From: Alphaproteobacteria bacterium
GTDB lineage: Bacteria > Pseudomonadota > Alphaproteobacteria > JAQWUY01
Assembly (NCBI GenBank): GCA_049615605.1
Contig: JBMZFW010000003.1
Coordinates: forward strand, 1 to 37,370
Length of the DNA: 37,370 nucleotides
Reading direction: 5' to 3'
Shown: positions 1 through 9,219 of the stretch, piece after piece
How positions within the stretch are numbered: the first letter of the stretch is position 1
How the letters are laid out: each line of letters starts with the position of its first letter
The notes under the pieces: generated by a model
Database searches by the model: none
Seen by the model: the letters and a program-made list of their open reading frames with translations, nothing else
Told to the model about the DNA's origin: nothing
Translations under genes and position numbers: made by a program

Positions 1-8
1 TTAAAAAG

Positions 9-37
9 AAAGCCTTGTTTTTTACAAGGCTTTTTTT
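9..37 (+). terminator. Rho-independent terminator of an upstream gene outside the window
   Basis: AAAGCCTTGT-ttttt-ACAAGGCTTT stem-loop running into a T-tract. Confidence 0.7.
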
Positions 38-50
38 ATAAGGTTATTTT

Positions 51-1040
51 ATGAATTTTATCACAGGTATATTAATTTGTTTTGTTATGGCAATTGTTTC
101 ACAAGTTTTTGCCAAAACATTTGGTGGCGCGTATATGATTTACGCCCTATTACTTGGTATGGTTTTAAGTAAAATTTTATATATTGAAAAGTTTAAAGAC
201 AGCATAAATTACACTGGCAAAAGTATACTTAGTATTGGTGTGGCATTACTTGGGGCAAGAATAACTTTTGTTGAAATTTCAACATTGGGTTTTGATGTGG
301 TGATTGCCGTTGCACTAGCGGTATTTGCAACAATATTATTTGGTTATGTTGTAAGTCGTCTTATGGGACTTAACGGTGAAATGGGGATTATCAGTGGTGG
401 TTCAACTGCAATTTGTGGTGCGTCTGCGGCAATGGCTGTTTCAAGCGTTTTCCCGCACAACAAGAAAATTGAACAACAAACATTATTTATTGTTGTTGGT
501 GTTAATATTTTAAGCACCGTTGCAATGGTATTATATCCAATGATAACAACATACTTGGGGTATAACGATTTACAAACCGGTGTATTCTTAGGCGGTTCAA
601 TTCACGATGTGGCACAAGTTGTCGGTGCGGGATTATCCGTAAATGATAATGTGGGTGACATTGCAACAATTACAAAATTATTCAGGGTCGCATTGCTATT
701 ACCAATCGTATTTACACTGGCTTATATCGTGTCATTACAAAAAAGCAAAGCGGTTGAAACAAAAGCACCGTTTCCTGTATTCTTAATCGGGTTTTTAGCA
801 TTGGTATTATTAAACAGCTTTGAAATTTTATCTTTTACAATTCCAGTTATTGATATGACAGCAAGTTCTTCATTGGCATTTGTTTCAAAAATATTACTTA
901 CAATGGCGGTATTTGCATTGGGTATGAAAACATCGCCACGACAATTATTATCAATTGGTCCAAAGGCGATTTCATTACTGGTAATGGAAACAGTATTCAT
1001 CGCCATTCTTATTTTAATGATTAGCTCATATATCGTTTAA
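51..1040 (+). CDS. YeiH/UPF0324 (putative sulfate exporter family) membrane protein
   Basis: About 10 hydrophobic segments; family motifs GxAICGASAAMA, GGSIHDVAQVVG and KLFRV. Confidence 0.85.
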   Translation: MNFITGILICFVMAIVSQVFAKTFGGAYMIYALLLGMVLSKILYIEKFKDSINYTGKSILSIGVALLGARITFVEISTLGFDVVIAVALAVFATILFGYVVSRLMGLNGEMGIISGGSTAICGASAAMAVSSVFPHNKKIEQQTLFIVVGVNILSTVAMVLYPMITTYLGYNDLQTGVFLGGSIHDVAQVVGAGLSVNDNVGDIATITKLFRVALLLPIVFTLAYIVSLQKSKAVETKAPFPVFLIGFLALVLLNSFEILSFTIPVIDMTASSSLAFVSKILLTMAVFALGMKTSPRQLLSIGPKAISLLVMETVFIAILILMISSYIV

Positions 1041-1044
1041 TATT

Positions 1045-1530
1045 TTAATCAGGTTTATTTATACCCAACATTCGGGCAAAAGTATGATCGCCTTTTTTAA
1101 ATAAATGATAAAATGCACCCAATGTATGTAAAATAGTAATTGGAATAATCAGTTTGGCAATATTTTGATGAATTCCCATAAAAATATTTCTGTCAAAATT
1201 CATATTACCTTGTAACAGGTTTGGTATTAAGTCAGCTTTAACCCCACCAACAACACCAAGTGAAAGAACAACAATTAAGAATGCATAAATTCCGTGGTGC
1301 ATTGCCGTTGCAAGCTTATTACTTTTTGGGTTTGTCTTTGAATATTTAAATTTATAATACAATCTTGCAACAACAATAACCGCAACAGTTATTCCCATTA
1401 CAACATGGGCAAGAATATATCCCGACTTTTCATAAATTGGTACACTAGATGACATTTTAATTGATGCAATTGCACCAACAATTAAAACAGCGGTTAACCA
1501 ATGAAGTATGATTGTTTGTAATTTCCACAT
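1045..1530 (-). CDS. Cytochrome b561-like di-heme membrane protein (161 aa)
   Basis: LHWLTA, HVVMG, ARLYY, HHGIY, IHQ and LHTLGAFYH His pattern over 4 TM helices. Start moved to ATG at 1530 (AAGGA upstream) instead of the ORF-track TTG at 1653. Confidence 0.8.
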   Translation of the reverse strand: MWKLQTIILHWLTAVLIVGAIASIKMSSSVPIYEKSGYILAHVVMGITVAVIVVARLYYKFKYSKTNPKSNKLATAMHHGIYAFLIVVLSLGVVGGVKADLIPNLLQGNMNFDRNIFMGIHQNIAKLIIPITILHTLGAFYHLFKKGDHTFARMLGINKPD

Positions 1531-1619
1531 ATTATTTTCCTTTTTAAAAGTTATGTATTCATTATACGAATACAAACAAAAAAATTCGTCAAAATAAAAA
1601 ACATTCACAAAACAATAAA

Positions 1620-1690
1620 TGGATTTTAATGACTCAAGAATCAACAAAGACAAGGCGACGACGACTACAAGTAGTTTAGCTTTGTATTTT
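1620..1690 (+). repeat. Decayed/partial copy of the palindromic element family
   Basis: Left end TGGATTTTAATGAC and core GCGACGACGACTACAAGTAGT, resembling GCGACTACGACAAGTAGT of the 19800-20067 copies. Confidence 0.45.
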
Positions 1691-1704
1691 ACAGGTAATA
1701 AATA

Positions 1705-1798
1705 TTTTTAATGAGGGAATTAACAAGATTTGCGAGCGCAGTGTAGTAAGGCGAAGCCTACATAAGCGAGCAAATTGAAGTTAATTTCCCATTAAAAA
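1705..1798 (+). repeat. Complete 94-bp palindromic element (MITE/RPE-like)
   Basis: TTTTTAATG[A]GGGAATTAAC-AA-GATTTGC-GA-GC-gca-GTGTAG..CTACAT-aa-GC-GA-GCAAATT-GAA-GTTAATTTCC-CATTAAAAA folds as one long hairpin. Confidence 0.85.
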
Positions 1799-1802
1799 CC
1801 AG

Positions 1803-1850
1803 TTGACAGACATAATTTCCCATGATATACCATATATTAGGGAAAATTAT
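1803..1850 (+). promoter_or_regulatory. Probable dcw (mraZ) sigma70 promoter with an overlapping putative MraZ operator
   Basis: TTGACA at 1803, 17 nt spacer, TATACC at 1826. GACAT/CCCAT/ACCAT at 10-bp spacing (1809, 1819, 1829). Inverted repeat ATAATTTCCC / GGGAAAATTAT. Confidence 0.6.
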
Positions 1851-1868
1851 ATTTGGGTAAAACAATCA

Positions 1869-2333
1869 ATGAAATATTTTGTTGGAACATACGAAAATAA
1901 GATCGATTCAAAAGGCAGGGTGTCATTACCGTCTGCTTTTCGTGATGTTTTACGCATTAATAACAGTAATAATTTTTACTTATTCCCTAGCCCAACCCAA
2001 GATTCCCTTGAAGCAGGCGGTGAAGATTTAATTGATTTTATTGCAAAATCCATTGAACAAAATGCACCAATGTTTTCACAAGACGAAGAAACATATAACT
2101 ATATACTTGCCAATGCTCGCCCGTGTTCTTTTGACAGTACGGGCAGATTTGTTTTACCAGAAGAATTTTCCCAATTCGCAAGTTTATCGGGCAATGCTTT
2201 GTTCGTCGGTAATGGTAAACGGTTCCAAATATGGCAACCGCTTGCTTATCATAATGCAACCAATGGCAGGCGTGAACAATTCGCAAGTCGTGGATTAACT
2301 ATCAAAAACCCAGATGGGGGTAATGATGACTAA
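1869..2333 (+). CDS. mraZ: Transcriptional regulator MraZ
   Basis: FVGTYENKIDSKGRVSLPSAFR and FDSTGRFVLP repeats; first gene of the dcw cluster. ATG at 1869 preferred, because the TTG at 1803 is the -35 box. Confidence 0.93.
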   Translation: MKYFVGTYENKIDSKGRVSLPSAFRDVLRINNSNNFYLFPSPTQDSLEAGGEDLIDFIAKSIEQNAPMFSQDEETYNYILANARPCSFDSTGRFVLPEEFSQFASLSGNALFVGNGKRFQIWQPLAYHNATNGRREQFASRGLTIKNPDGGNDD

Positions 2334-3246
2334 TTCCCCACATATCCCTGTTATGCTTAACGAAGTGTTGGAACATTCAAAAATAAACGATAATGATATC
2401 GTTGTTGACGGCACTTTTGGCGCAGGTGGATATACTGGGGCGATACTTGAAAGTTGCAATTGTACAGTTTATGCAATTGACCGTGACCCAGATGCAATTA
2501 AGCGTGCTGAACCATTACTTAAAAAATATCCAGACCGATTTAAAATTATCCAAGGCTGTTTTGGCGATATGCAACAACTGTTAAAAGACGAAGGCATTGA
2601 TAATGTTGATGTAATCGTTCTTGACCTTGGTGTATCAAGCCCACAACTGGACGAAGCGGAACGCGGATTTTCATTTAAAAAAGATGGTGTCCTTGATATG
2701 CGAATGAGCCAATCTGGTTTATCAGCAATGGATATTGTTAATACTTATTCCCACGGTGAAATTGCCCATATAATAAAACATTACGGCGAAGAAAAAATGG
2801 CAGGACAAGTTGCATCAGCTATCCTAAGGCATCGTGAAAATGAAAAAATAGAAACAACATCACAACTGGCAGATATCGTAAGGTCTGTTGTGAAATCAAA
2901 GAACAGTAAAATTGACCCAGCAACGCGTACTTTCCAAGGGATAAGAATTGCGGTTAATGATGAACTGGGCGAAGTTGAAAGATGTCTTGATGGTTCAATT
3001 GAACTATTAAACAAAGGCGGAAGATTAGTAATTGTATCATTCCATTCACTGGAAGATAGAATTGTTAAAAAGTTTATCAAATACCATTCGGAACAAGACA
3101 GTGTAAACCGTCACATTCCAATCGGTAGCGATAAAAAGCTAAGCTTGGAAGTAGGAAACAAGAAATTCATTCAATGTAGCGACGAAGAAGCACAAATAAA
3201 TGTCCGTGCCCGTTCTGCTAAACTGCGAATGGCAACCAAAATTTAA
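2326..3246 (+). CDS. rsmH: 16S rRNA m4C1402 methyltransferase RsmH (MraW)
   Basis: HIPVML, DGTFGAGG, DLGVSSPQLD, ATRTFQ, SFHSLEDRIVK, RARSAKLR. Start is 2323 or 2326. Confidence 0.96.
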   Translation: MTNSPHIPVMLNEVLEHSKINDNDIVVDGTFGAGGYTGAILESCNCTVYAIDRDPDAIKRAEPLLKKYPDRFKIIQGCFGDMQQLLKDEGIDNVDVIVLDLGVSSPQLDEAERGFSFKKDGVLDMRMSQSGLSAMDIVNTYSHGEIAHIIKHYGEEKMAGQVASAILRHRENEKIETTSQLADIVRSVVKSKNSKIDPATRTFQGIRIAVNDELGEVERCLDGSIELLNKGGRLVIVSFHSLEDRIVKKFIKYHSEQDSVNRHIPIGSDKKLSLEVGNKKFIQCSDEEAQINVRARSAKLRMATKI

Positions 3247-3263
3247 ACTAAAAGGAGAACATT

Positions 3264-3623
3264 ATGTTTTTAACGGGTAAAAAAGTATTTGTAACAATTT
3301 GGGGTGTTTTATTTTTCCTAATTATTTTTATGATTGTGTATGTATCAGCACAAGTAAAAAGTATCGAAAAGCAAGTTAGCTTAATGGATACAAAAATTGA
3401 AGTAGAAAAGCAAAATATCAAAGCTTCTAAAAACGAATGGGCATTTTTAACTAGTCCAGAACGAATTGCAAAGCTAAGTGAAAAAGTATTACCAGATCTT
3501 ACAAAAATCACTGCGAAAAATATTGTTGATTTAGAAGAAATTCCATCTTCTTCAAAATATATCAATGTTAAAATCACTGGTGAAAAAGAAGAATACTCTG
3601 TAATCAAAATATCTAACGAATAA
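3264..3623 (+). CDS. ftsL: Cell division protein FtsL
   Basis: One TM helix plus coiled coil with EWAFLTSPERI; position between rsmH and ftsI; AAGGAG RBS. Confidence 0.85.
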   Translation: MFLTGKKVFVTIWGVLFFLIIFMIVYVSAQVKSIEKQVSLMDTKIEVEKQNIKASKNEWAFLTSPERIAKLSEKVLPDLTKITAKNIVDLEEIPSSSKYINVKITGEKEEYSVIKISNE

Positions 3624-3644
3624 TATTTTGGATAATTACATATT

Positions 3645-5369
3645 ATGGGATTGCTAAGAGCTTTTTTTAATAAGTTAAGTTTTTTATTATTATCTGTAAT
3701 AAAGAAGTCGGTTTCGCTTGACAAAACCTATGAAAAAGCCCTTAAATCAGGCAAAAATCGGAGTATTATTTTAAAAATAATAATCTGGGGAGTTTATTCC
3801 ATTATCGCCATAAGGATTGTAATTATCGGTGGTTTTCCACAAGACGCATATACAAACAAACCGTCGTATGCCCCACCCAAAAGTATTGCCCGTGAAAGTA
3901 TCTATGACCGCAATGGTCGTTTGATTGCTGACTTTGTAAATTCTGATGGTTTGTATGTAAATCCAAAAATGGTTAAAGACCCAGAAAAACTACAGGCACA
4001 ATTGCTTGAAATTTTTCCATCTATGAACCCAGACAAATTGTATAAAAAACTTACCCGTAAAGCAAAGTTTGTTTGGTTGGTTCGCCGTCTTACACCAAAA
4101 CAAAAATATCGTGTAAATGCATTGGGCGATGTATCGCTTAACTTTATCAAAGCAAAGACTCGTATTTATCCGCATTCTAACTTATTTTCACATGTTCTTG
4201 GCTATGTAAATGTTGATAATATTGGTCAAAGCGGAATTGAAAAACGCTTTAACGAACAACTTACCGCAGGAAAAGAACCAATAAACCTTACAGTTGATAT
4301 TCGTGTTCAATATATCTTGCGAGAAGAAATATTAAAAATGATGGAAAAAACCGAAGCCAAAGCAGGCATCGGTATCGTAATGGATGTTAACAATGGCGAA
4401 GTTATTGCGATGACAAGTTTGCCTGATTTTAATCCAAACAAACCAAATAAGAAAAGACAATATTTCCTTAACAAAGCAACACAAGGCGTTTATGAACTTG
4501 GTTCTACATTCAAAGCAATAAATACAGCAATCGCCCTTGAATCGCGCAAGGTATCAATGACTGATATTTTTGATGCAAAAAAACCAATTAAACTAGGCAG
4601 ATTTACAATCAATGATTACCACGCGGAAAAAAGGGATTTATCTGTACCAGAAATCTTTATCCATTCATCAAATATTGGTTCTATCAAAATGATTTTAGAA
4701 GCAGGAACAGAAGCACAAAAACAAAAGATGCAAGAATTAAATATGCTTGAACCTTTGGATATCATCTTACCTGAAAGGGCAAAAACACTTTACCCAAAAC
4801 ATTGGAAGAAAACCGAAACAGCAACCATTTCATATGGACATGGTATATCGGTAACGCCCCTGCACTTAGCCGCGGCAATTTCCGCAACTGTTAACGGCGG
4901 AACATATTACAGACCTAAGTTTGTAAAAGGCGAACTAGATGAAGGTAAAACTGTGTTTTCTGCCAAAACTTCAAACAATATTAAAAAGCTTATGCGTTAT
5001 AACAGTACCCACGGTTCTGGTAAACTTGCCAATGTGGAAGGTTATTTAGTTGGCGGTAAAACTGGTACTGCGGATAAGCCAGATTTAGTAAAAGGCGGTT
5101 ATAATAAAAAGTTATTAATGTCATCATATATTGCCGCATTCCCTATTCACAATCCAAAATATTTGGTATATGTAATAATTGACGAACCAAAACCAAGTGC
5201 GGTTACAAGGTTCTTGCGTCCAACTGGTGGTTGGGTTGGTGCCCCAGTGGTTGGCAGTGTGATTGAACAAATTGCACCGATACTTGATATTAACCCGATT
5301 ATTGAAGATAGCCCTGCTATTAAAAAGTTTATGGAAATCCCGAAGCCAAAAAGAAAGAACACTATATAA
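3645..5369 (+). CDS. ftsI: Peptidoglycan transpeptidase FtsI (PBP3)
   Basis: IYDRNG, RIYP, GIEK; catalytic STFK, SSN and KTG motifs. Confidence 0.95.
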   Translation: MGLLRAFFNKLSFLLLSVIKKSVSLDKTYEKALKSGKNRSIILKIIIWGVYSIIAIRIVIIGGFPQDAYTNKPSYAPPKSIARESIYDRNGRLIADFVNSDGLYVNPKMVKDPEKLQAQLLEIFPSMNPDKLYKKLTRKAKFVWLVRRLTPKQKYRVNALGDVSLNFIKAKTRIYPHSNLFSHVLGYVNVDNIGQSGIEKRFNEQLTAGKEPINLTVDIRVQYILREEILKMMEKTEAKAGIGIVMDVNNGEVIAMTSLPDFNPNKPNKKRQYFLNKATQGVYELGSTFKAINTAIALESRKVSMTDIFDAKKPIKLGRFTINDYHAEKRDLSVPEIFIHSSNIGSIKMILEAGTEAQKQKMQELNMLEPLDIILPERAKTLYPKHWKKTETATISYGHGISVTPLHLAAAISATVNGGTYYRPKFVKGELDEGKTVFSAKTSNNIKKLMRYNSTHGSGKLANVEGYLVGGKTGTADKPDLVKGGYNKKLLMSSYIAAFPIHNPKYLVYVIIDEPKPSAVTRFLRPTGGWVGAPVVGSVIEQIAPILDINPIIEDSPAIKKFMEIPKPKRKNTI

Positions 5370-5370
5370 G

Positions 5371-6801
5371 ATGATAAAATCTAATATAAAAATGATTTCA
5401 GCCGATAGCAGAGAAATAAAACAAGATGGTTTATTTCTTGCTGTGCGTGGTGTAAATCAAGACGGGACAAAGTTCATTGATAGTGCCATTGAAAATGGTG
5501 CAATTGCAATCATTACGCACAATGATACGGACACATCAAACATTCCAGATAATGTAGAAGTTATCAAATCTGATAACCCAAGACAGACTTATGCAAAAAT
5601 ATGTAATGAATTTTTTCAACCAAAGCCAAAATACTTTTCTGCGGTAACGGGAACGAATGGTAAAACAAGCATTGCAAACTTTACCCAAAATATTTGGGAA
5701 CAAAAAGGTTATAATGCAATCGCAACTGGCACACTTGGTTTTACAGGGTGCGGTTATGAACCATCATCTTCACTTACCACACCAGAGCCATCTGTTTTAC
5801 ACCAACAATTAAGCAATGCAAAAAAAGACAAAGATATTGATTATATTTGTATGGAAGCATCATCACACGGGCTTGATATGAACCGTCTTGATGGTATTGA
5901 ATTTATGTCAGCTGGTTTCACAAACTTATCGCGTGACCACCTTGACTACCATAATACTATGGACGAATACTTTAAGGCAAAATCTTATCTATTTGAAAAC
6001 TTATTATCAACTGATGGGGTTGCCGTATTAAATGCAACCATTCCAGAATACGAACCATTAAAAGAAATCTGTAAAAAACGAAAAATAAAAACTGTTTCTT
6101 ATGGTTTACTTGAAAAATCAATCAATGGAATTATTCCAGATATTCATATCATTGGATACAAACGCGACCTTAGCGGGTTTGATGTTGATATGTCAGTTAT
6201 GGGAACGGAATTACAAACACGAATTAATTTACCGGGTATTTTCCAACTGGAAAATGTTTTATGTTCACTGGGTTTAAGTGCAATTGATTGCAACCCTGTT
6301 GACAATGTGCAATTCCTTGACCAAGTAAAAGGCGTAAGGGGAAGATTGGAATACATTGGAATGACTGCAACGGGTGGAACGGTTTATGTTGATTATGCAC
6401 ATACACCTGATGCACTTGAAACGGTACTTAATACAATGAAACCACACGCAAAAAATAAATTAAATGTAATAATTGGTTGCGGTGGCGACCGTGATAAAGG
6501 TAAACGCCCTATTATGGGTCGTGTCGCATGTGAAACGGCTGACATTGCATATATTACCGATGATAATCCACGCACGGAAAACCCATCGGATATTCGCGCC
6601 GATATGATGGTTGGGGCAACAACTGGAATTGAAATTGATGGTCGTGAAAATGCAATCTTCCAAGCGGTAAAAGATTTAAATGCGGGCGATATATTAATTG
6701 TTGCAGGCAAAGGTCACGAACAAGGGCAAATTGTTGGTGATAAAGTATTACCATTTGACGATGCAAAAGTAATTAGAAAAGCCATAGCTGAAAGTGTGTA
6801 A
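5371..6801 (+). CDS. murE: UDP-MurNAc-dipeptide:meso-DAP ligase MurE
   Basis: VTGTNGKTS, MEASSHG, NLSRDHLDYH, DYAHTPD, DNPR (meso-DAP motif). ATG at 5371 directly follows the ftsI stop. Confidence 0.96.
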   Translation: MIKSNIKMISADSREIKQDGLFLAVRGVNQDGTKFIDSAIENGAIAIITHNDTDTSNIPDNVEVIKSDNPRQTYAKICNEFFQPKPKYFSAVTGTNGKTSIANFTQNIWEQKGYNAIATGTLGFTGCGYEPSSSLTTPEPSVLHQQLSNAKKDKDIDYICMEASSHGLDMNRLDGIEFMSAGFTNLSRDHLDYHNTMDEYFKAKSYLFENLLSTDGVAVLNATIPEYEPLKEICKKRKIKTVSYGLLEKSINGIIPDIHIIGYKRDLSGFDVDMSVMGTELQTRINLPGIFQLENVLCSLGLSAIDCNPVDNVQFLDQVKGVRGRLEYIGMTATGGTVYVDYAHTPDALETVLNTMKPHAKNKLNVIIGCGGDRDKGKRPIMGRVACETADIAYITDDNPRTENPSDIRADMMVGATTGIEIDGRENAIFQAVKDLNAGDILIVAGKGHEQGQIVGDKVLPFDDAKVIRKAIAESV

Positions 6802-6802
6802 T

Positions 6803-8140
6803 ATGGATTGGAATTTAAACGATATAATTAATGCAACTGGTGGCAAATGTGAATCAAATGACTTCACAATAAACCAGTTTTGTATTGACAGTCGCAAAGT
6901 TAAAAAAGGCGATTGCTTTATCGCCCTTAAAACCGATAATGCGGACGGACACGATTATATTAAAAGTGCTGTTGAAGCTGGGGCAAGTGCGGTTATCGTA
7001 TCAAAAGATTGTAATGCAACCATTCCACAAATAATTGTTGATGATACAATGATTGCCTTAACAAACATTGGTATTTATGCCCGCAATAAATTAACAGGTA
7101 AAGTAATCGGCATTACTGGTTCAGTTGGTAAAACATCAACCAAAGACACATTAAGCAATGCGTTAAGTATTTATGGCAAAACTTATGCAACGCTTGGCAA
7201 CCTTAATAATCATTTAGGTGTTCCCCTTACACTTGCACACGCACCAATTGATGCGGATTATATTATTGTTGAAATGGGAATGTCGGCACTTGGGGAAATT
7301 AATGATTTAACAAACATTGCAAAGCCAGATATTGCAATGGTTATATCCGTTGAATCAAACCATTTGGAATTCTTTGATTCAATTAATCAAATTGGACAGG
7401 CAAAAGCAGAAATATTTAACGGCTTAAATGAAAATGGTATTGCCATTTATAACAATTCAACAAATTGTACTAATATTTTAAAATCAAATATCAAAACAAA
7501 TAATATTATCACTTATGGTGAAGATGATATTAAACAAATTAATTACAATAATGATTTACAAGAAACAAAACTTAACATTCAAGGCACAGAATTAAATGTG
7601 GAAATAAGTGGTCTTGGCAAACACCGAATACTAAATACATTGGCGGTACTTAATGTATTAAACGCACTAAAGCTTGATATAAACAAATCATTACCTGCCA
7701 TTAAAGACACAAACCCAACTGCGGGGCGTGGATTGGCGGAAGTTGTCGGCGGAATTAACCTGTTTGATGAAAGCTATAATGCGTCCCCTGCTAGTATGAA
7801 GTCTGCATTGGAAGTCCTTGGCTTAACAAAAACATCTGGTCGTAAGATTGCAATCATTGGCGATATGCTGGAATTAGGCAAAGATTCAGCCCAACTGCAC
7901 AAAGGGTTATTAAACGCCATTACAGATAACAAAATTGAGCTTGTTTTTGCCTGTGGTGAAAATATGAAACACCTGTACGATACATTACCAAATGAAATTA
8001 AGGGTGATTGGAAAGAAAATTCTAGTATGTTAAGCCCACAAGTGATAAAATCATTACAACAAAATGATACTGTTATGGTGAAAGGTTCCCTTGGCAGTAA
8101 TATGAAACAAATTATTAACGATATTAAGAAACAGGATTAA
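6803..8140 (+). CDS. murF: UDP-MurNAc-tripeptide:D-Ala-D-Ala ligase MurF
   Basis: [43 protein letters not shown]. Confidence 0.96.
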   Translation: MDWNLNDIINATGGKCESNDFTINQFCIDSRKVKKGDCFIALKTDNADGHDYIKSAVEAGASAVIVSKDCNATIPQIIVDDTMIALTNIGIYARNKLTGKVIGITGSVGKTSTKDTLSNALSIYGKTYATLGNLNNHLGVPLTLAHAPIDADYIIVEMGMSALGEINDLTNIAKPDIAMVISVESNHLEFFDSINQIGQAKAEIFNGLNENGIAIYNNSTNCTNILKSNIKTNNIITYGEDDIKQINYNNDLQETKLNIQGTELNVEISGLGKHRILNTLAVLNVLNALKLDINKSLPAIKDTNPTAGRGLAEVVGGINLFDESYNASPASMKSALEVLGLTKTSGRKIAIIGDMLELGKDSAQLHKGLLNAITDNKIELVFACGENMKHLYDTLPNEIKGDWKENSSMLSPQVIKSLQQNDTVMVKGSLGSNMKQIINDIKKQD

Positions 8141-8142
8141 CA

Positions 8143-9219
8143 ATGCTTTATAATTTATTACCACAACTTGATGATTATTCTCAATTCTTTAATCTTTTCC
8201 GTTATATCACAGTTCGTACTGCTGGTGCATTAATTACCGCACTTATAATTTCATTTATCGCAGGTCCGAAAATTATTAATTGGCTTAAAAAAGCACAAGA
8301 CGGTGCATCAAATGTGCGTGAAGATACGCCCGATACACATCTTAAAAAATCTGGCACCCCATCAATGGGTGGTTTAATGATATTGTTATCAATTATTTCG
8401 TCCACTTTATTATGGGCGGATATTACCAATAAATATATTTGGGTTGTTCTTATCATTACCGCAGGTTATGGTCTTATTGGTTTATTAGACGACTATTTAA
8501 AGCTGTCTAAAAAAGATTTATCAGGTAAATTAAAGTTATTATTACAAGTTGTATTTTCATTTGTTGCTGTTTATTTAATCCAAGACCAATTTACAGATAA
8601 TCTTAAGTCTGGTCTTGCAATTCCATTTATGAAAAATTACTTATTAGACCTTGGAATGTTATTTATTCCATTTGCAATGTTGGTTATTATTGGTTCATCA
8701 AATGCGGTTAACTTAACGGACGGTTTGGACGGTCTTGCAATTGTTCCAGTTATGATTGCGGGGGCTTGTTTTGGTTTAATTGCATATATCGTTGGCAATG
8801 TTATTTATTCTGAATACCTATTCATTCCGTATGTTAAGAATGCGGGTGAAATTGCCGTGTTCTGTGGTGCACTTGTTGGTGCTTCATTGGGCTTTTTATG
8901 GTTTAATGCCCCACCTGCAAAAGTATTTATGGGTGATACGGGTTCATTATCATTGGGCGGTGCATTGGGTGCAATTGCGGTAATTACAAAGCACGAACTA
9001 GTCCTTGCTATTATTGGTGGGGTATTTGTTCTTGAAACAACAAGTGTAATTATCCAAGTAATAAGTTTTAAATTAACAGGCAAACGCGTTTTTGCAATGG
9101 CACCACTTCATCACCATTATGAAAAGAAAGGGTGGCAAGAAAGCACGATTGTAATTCGCTTTTGGATTATTGCCCTTATTCTTGCGATTATTGGACTGGC
9201 AACATTAAAGTTAAGATAA
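8143..9219 (+). CDS. mraY: Phospho-MurNAc-pentapeptide transferase MraY
   Basis: [40 protein letters not shown]. Confidence 0.97.
   Translation: MLYNLLPQLDDYSQFFNLFRYITVRTAGALITALIISFIAGPKIINWLKKAQDGASNVREDTPDTHLKKSGTPSMGGLMILLSIISSTLLWADITNKYIWVVLIITAGYGLIGLLDDYLKLSKKDLSGKLKLLLQVVFSFVAVYLIQDQFTDNLKSGLAIPFMKNYLLDLGMLFIPFAMLVIIGSSNAVNLTDGLDGLAIVPVMIAGACFGLIAYIVGNVIYSEYLFIPYVKNAGEIAVFCGALVGASLGFLWFNAPPAKVFMGDTGSLSLGGALGAIAVITKHELVLAIIGGVFVLETTSVIIQVISFKLTGKRVFAMAPLHHHYEKKGWQESTIVIRFWIIALILAIIGLATLKLR

Noticed and set aside
1742-1762. Classical GTAG-family REP element
   Set aside because: GTAG and TAAGGCGAAGCC are present, but the REP stem is absent, the segment is the apex of a larger hairpin, and no RAYT gene is in the window.
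1531-1868. ORF-track N-terminal extensions of cytochrome b561 (to 1653) and MraZ (from 1803); likewise murE 5263, murB 13965, ddl 14872
   Set aside because: They run through promoters or upstream genes. Internal ATGs fit family N-termini and operon coupling better.
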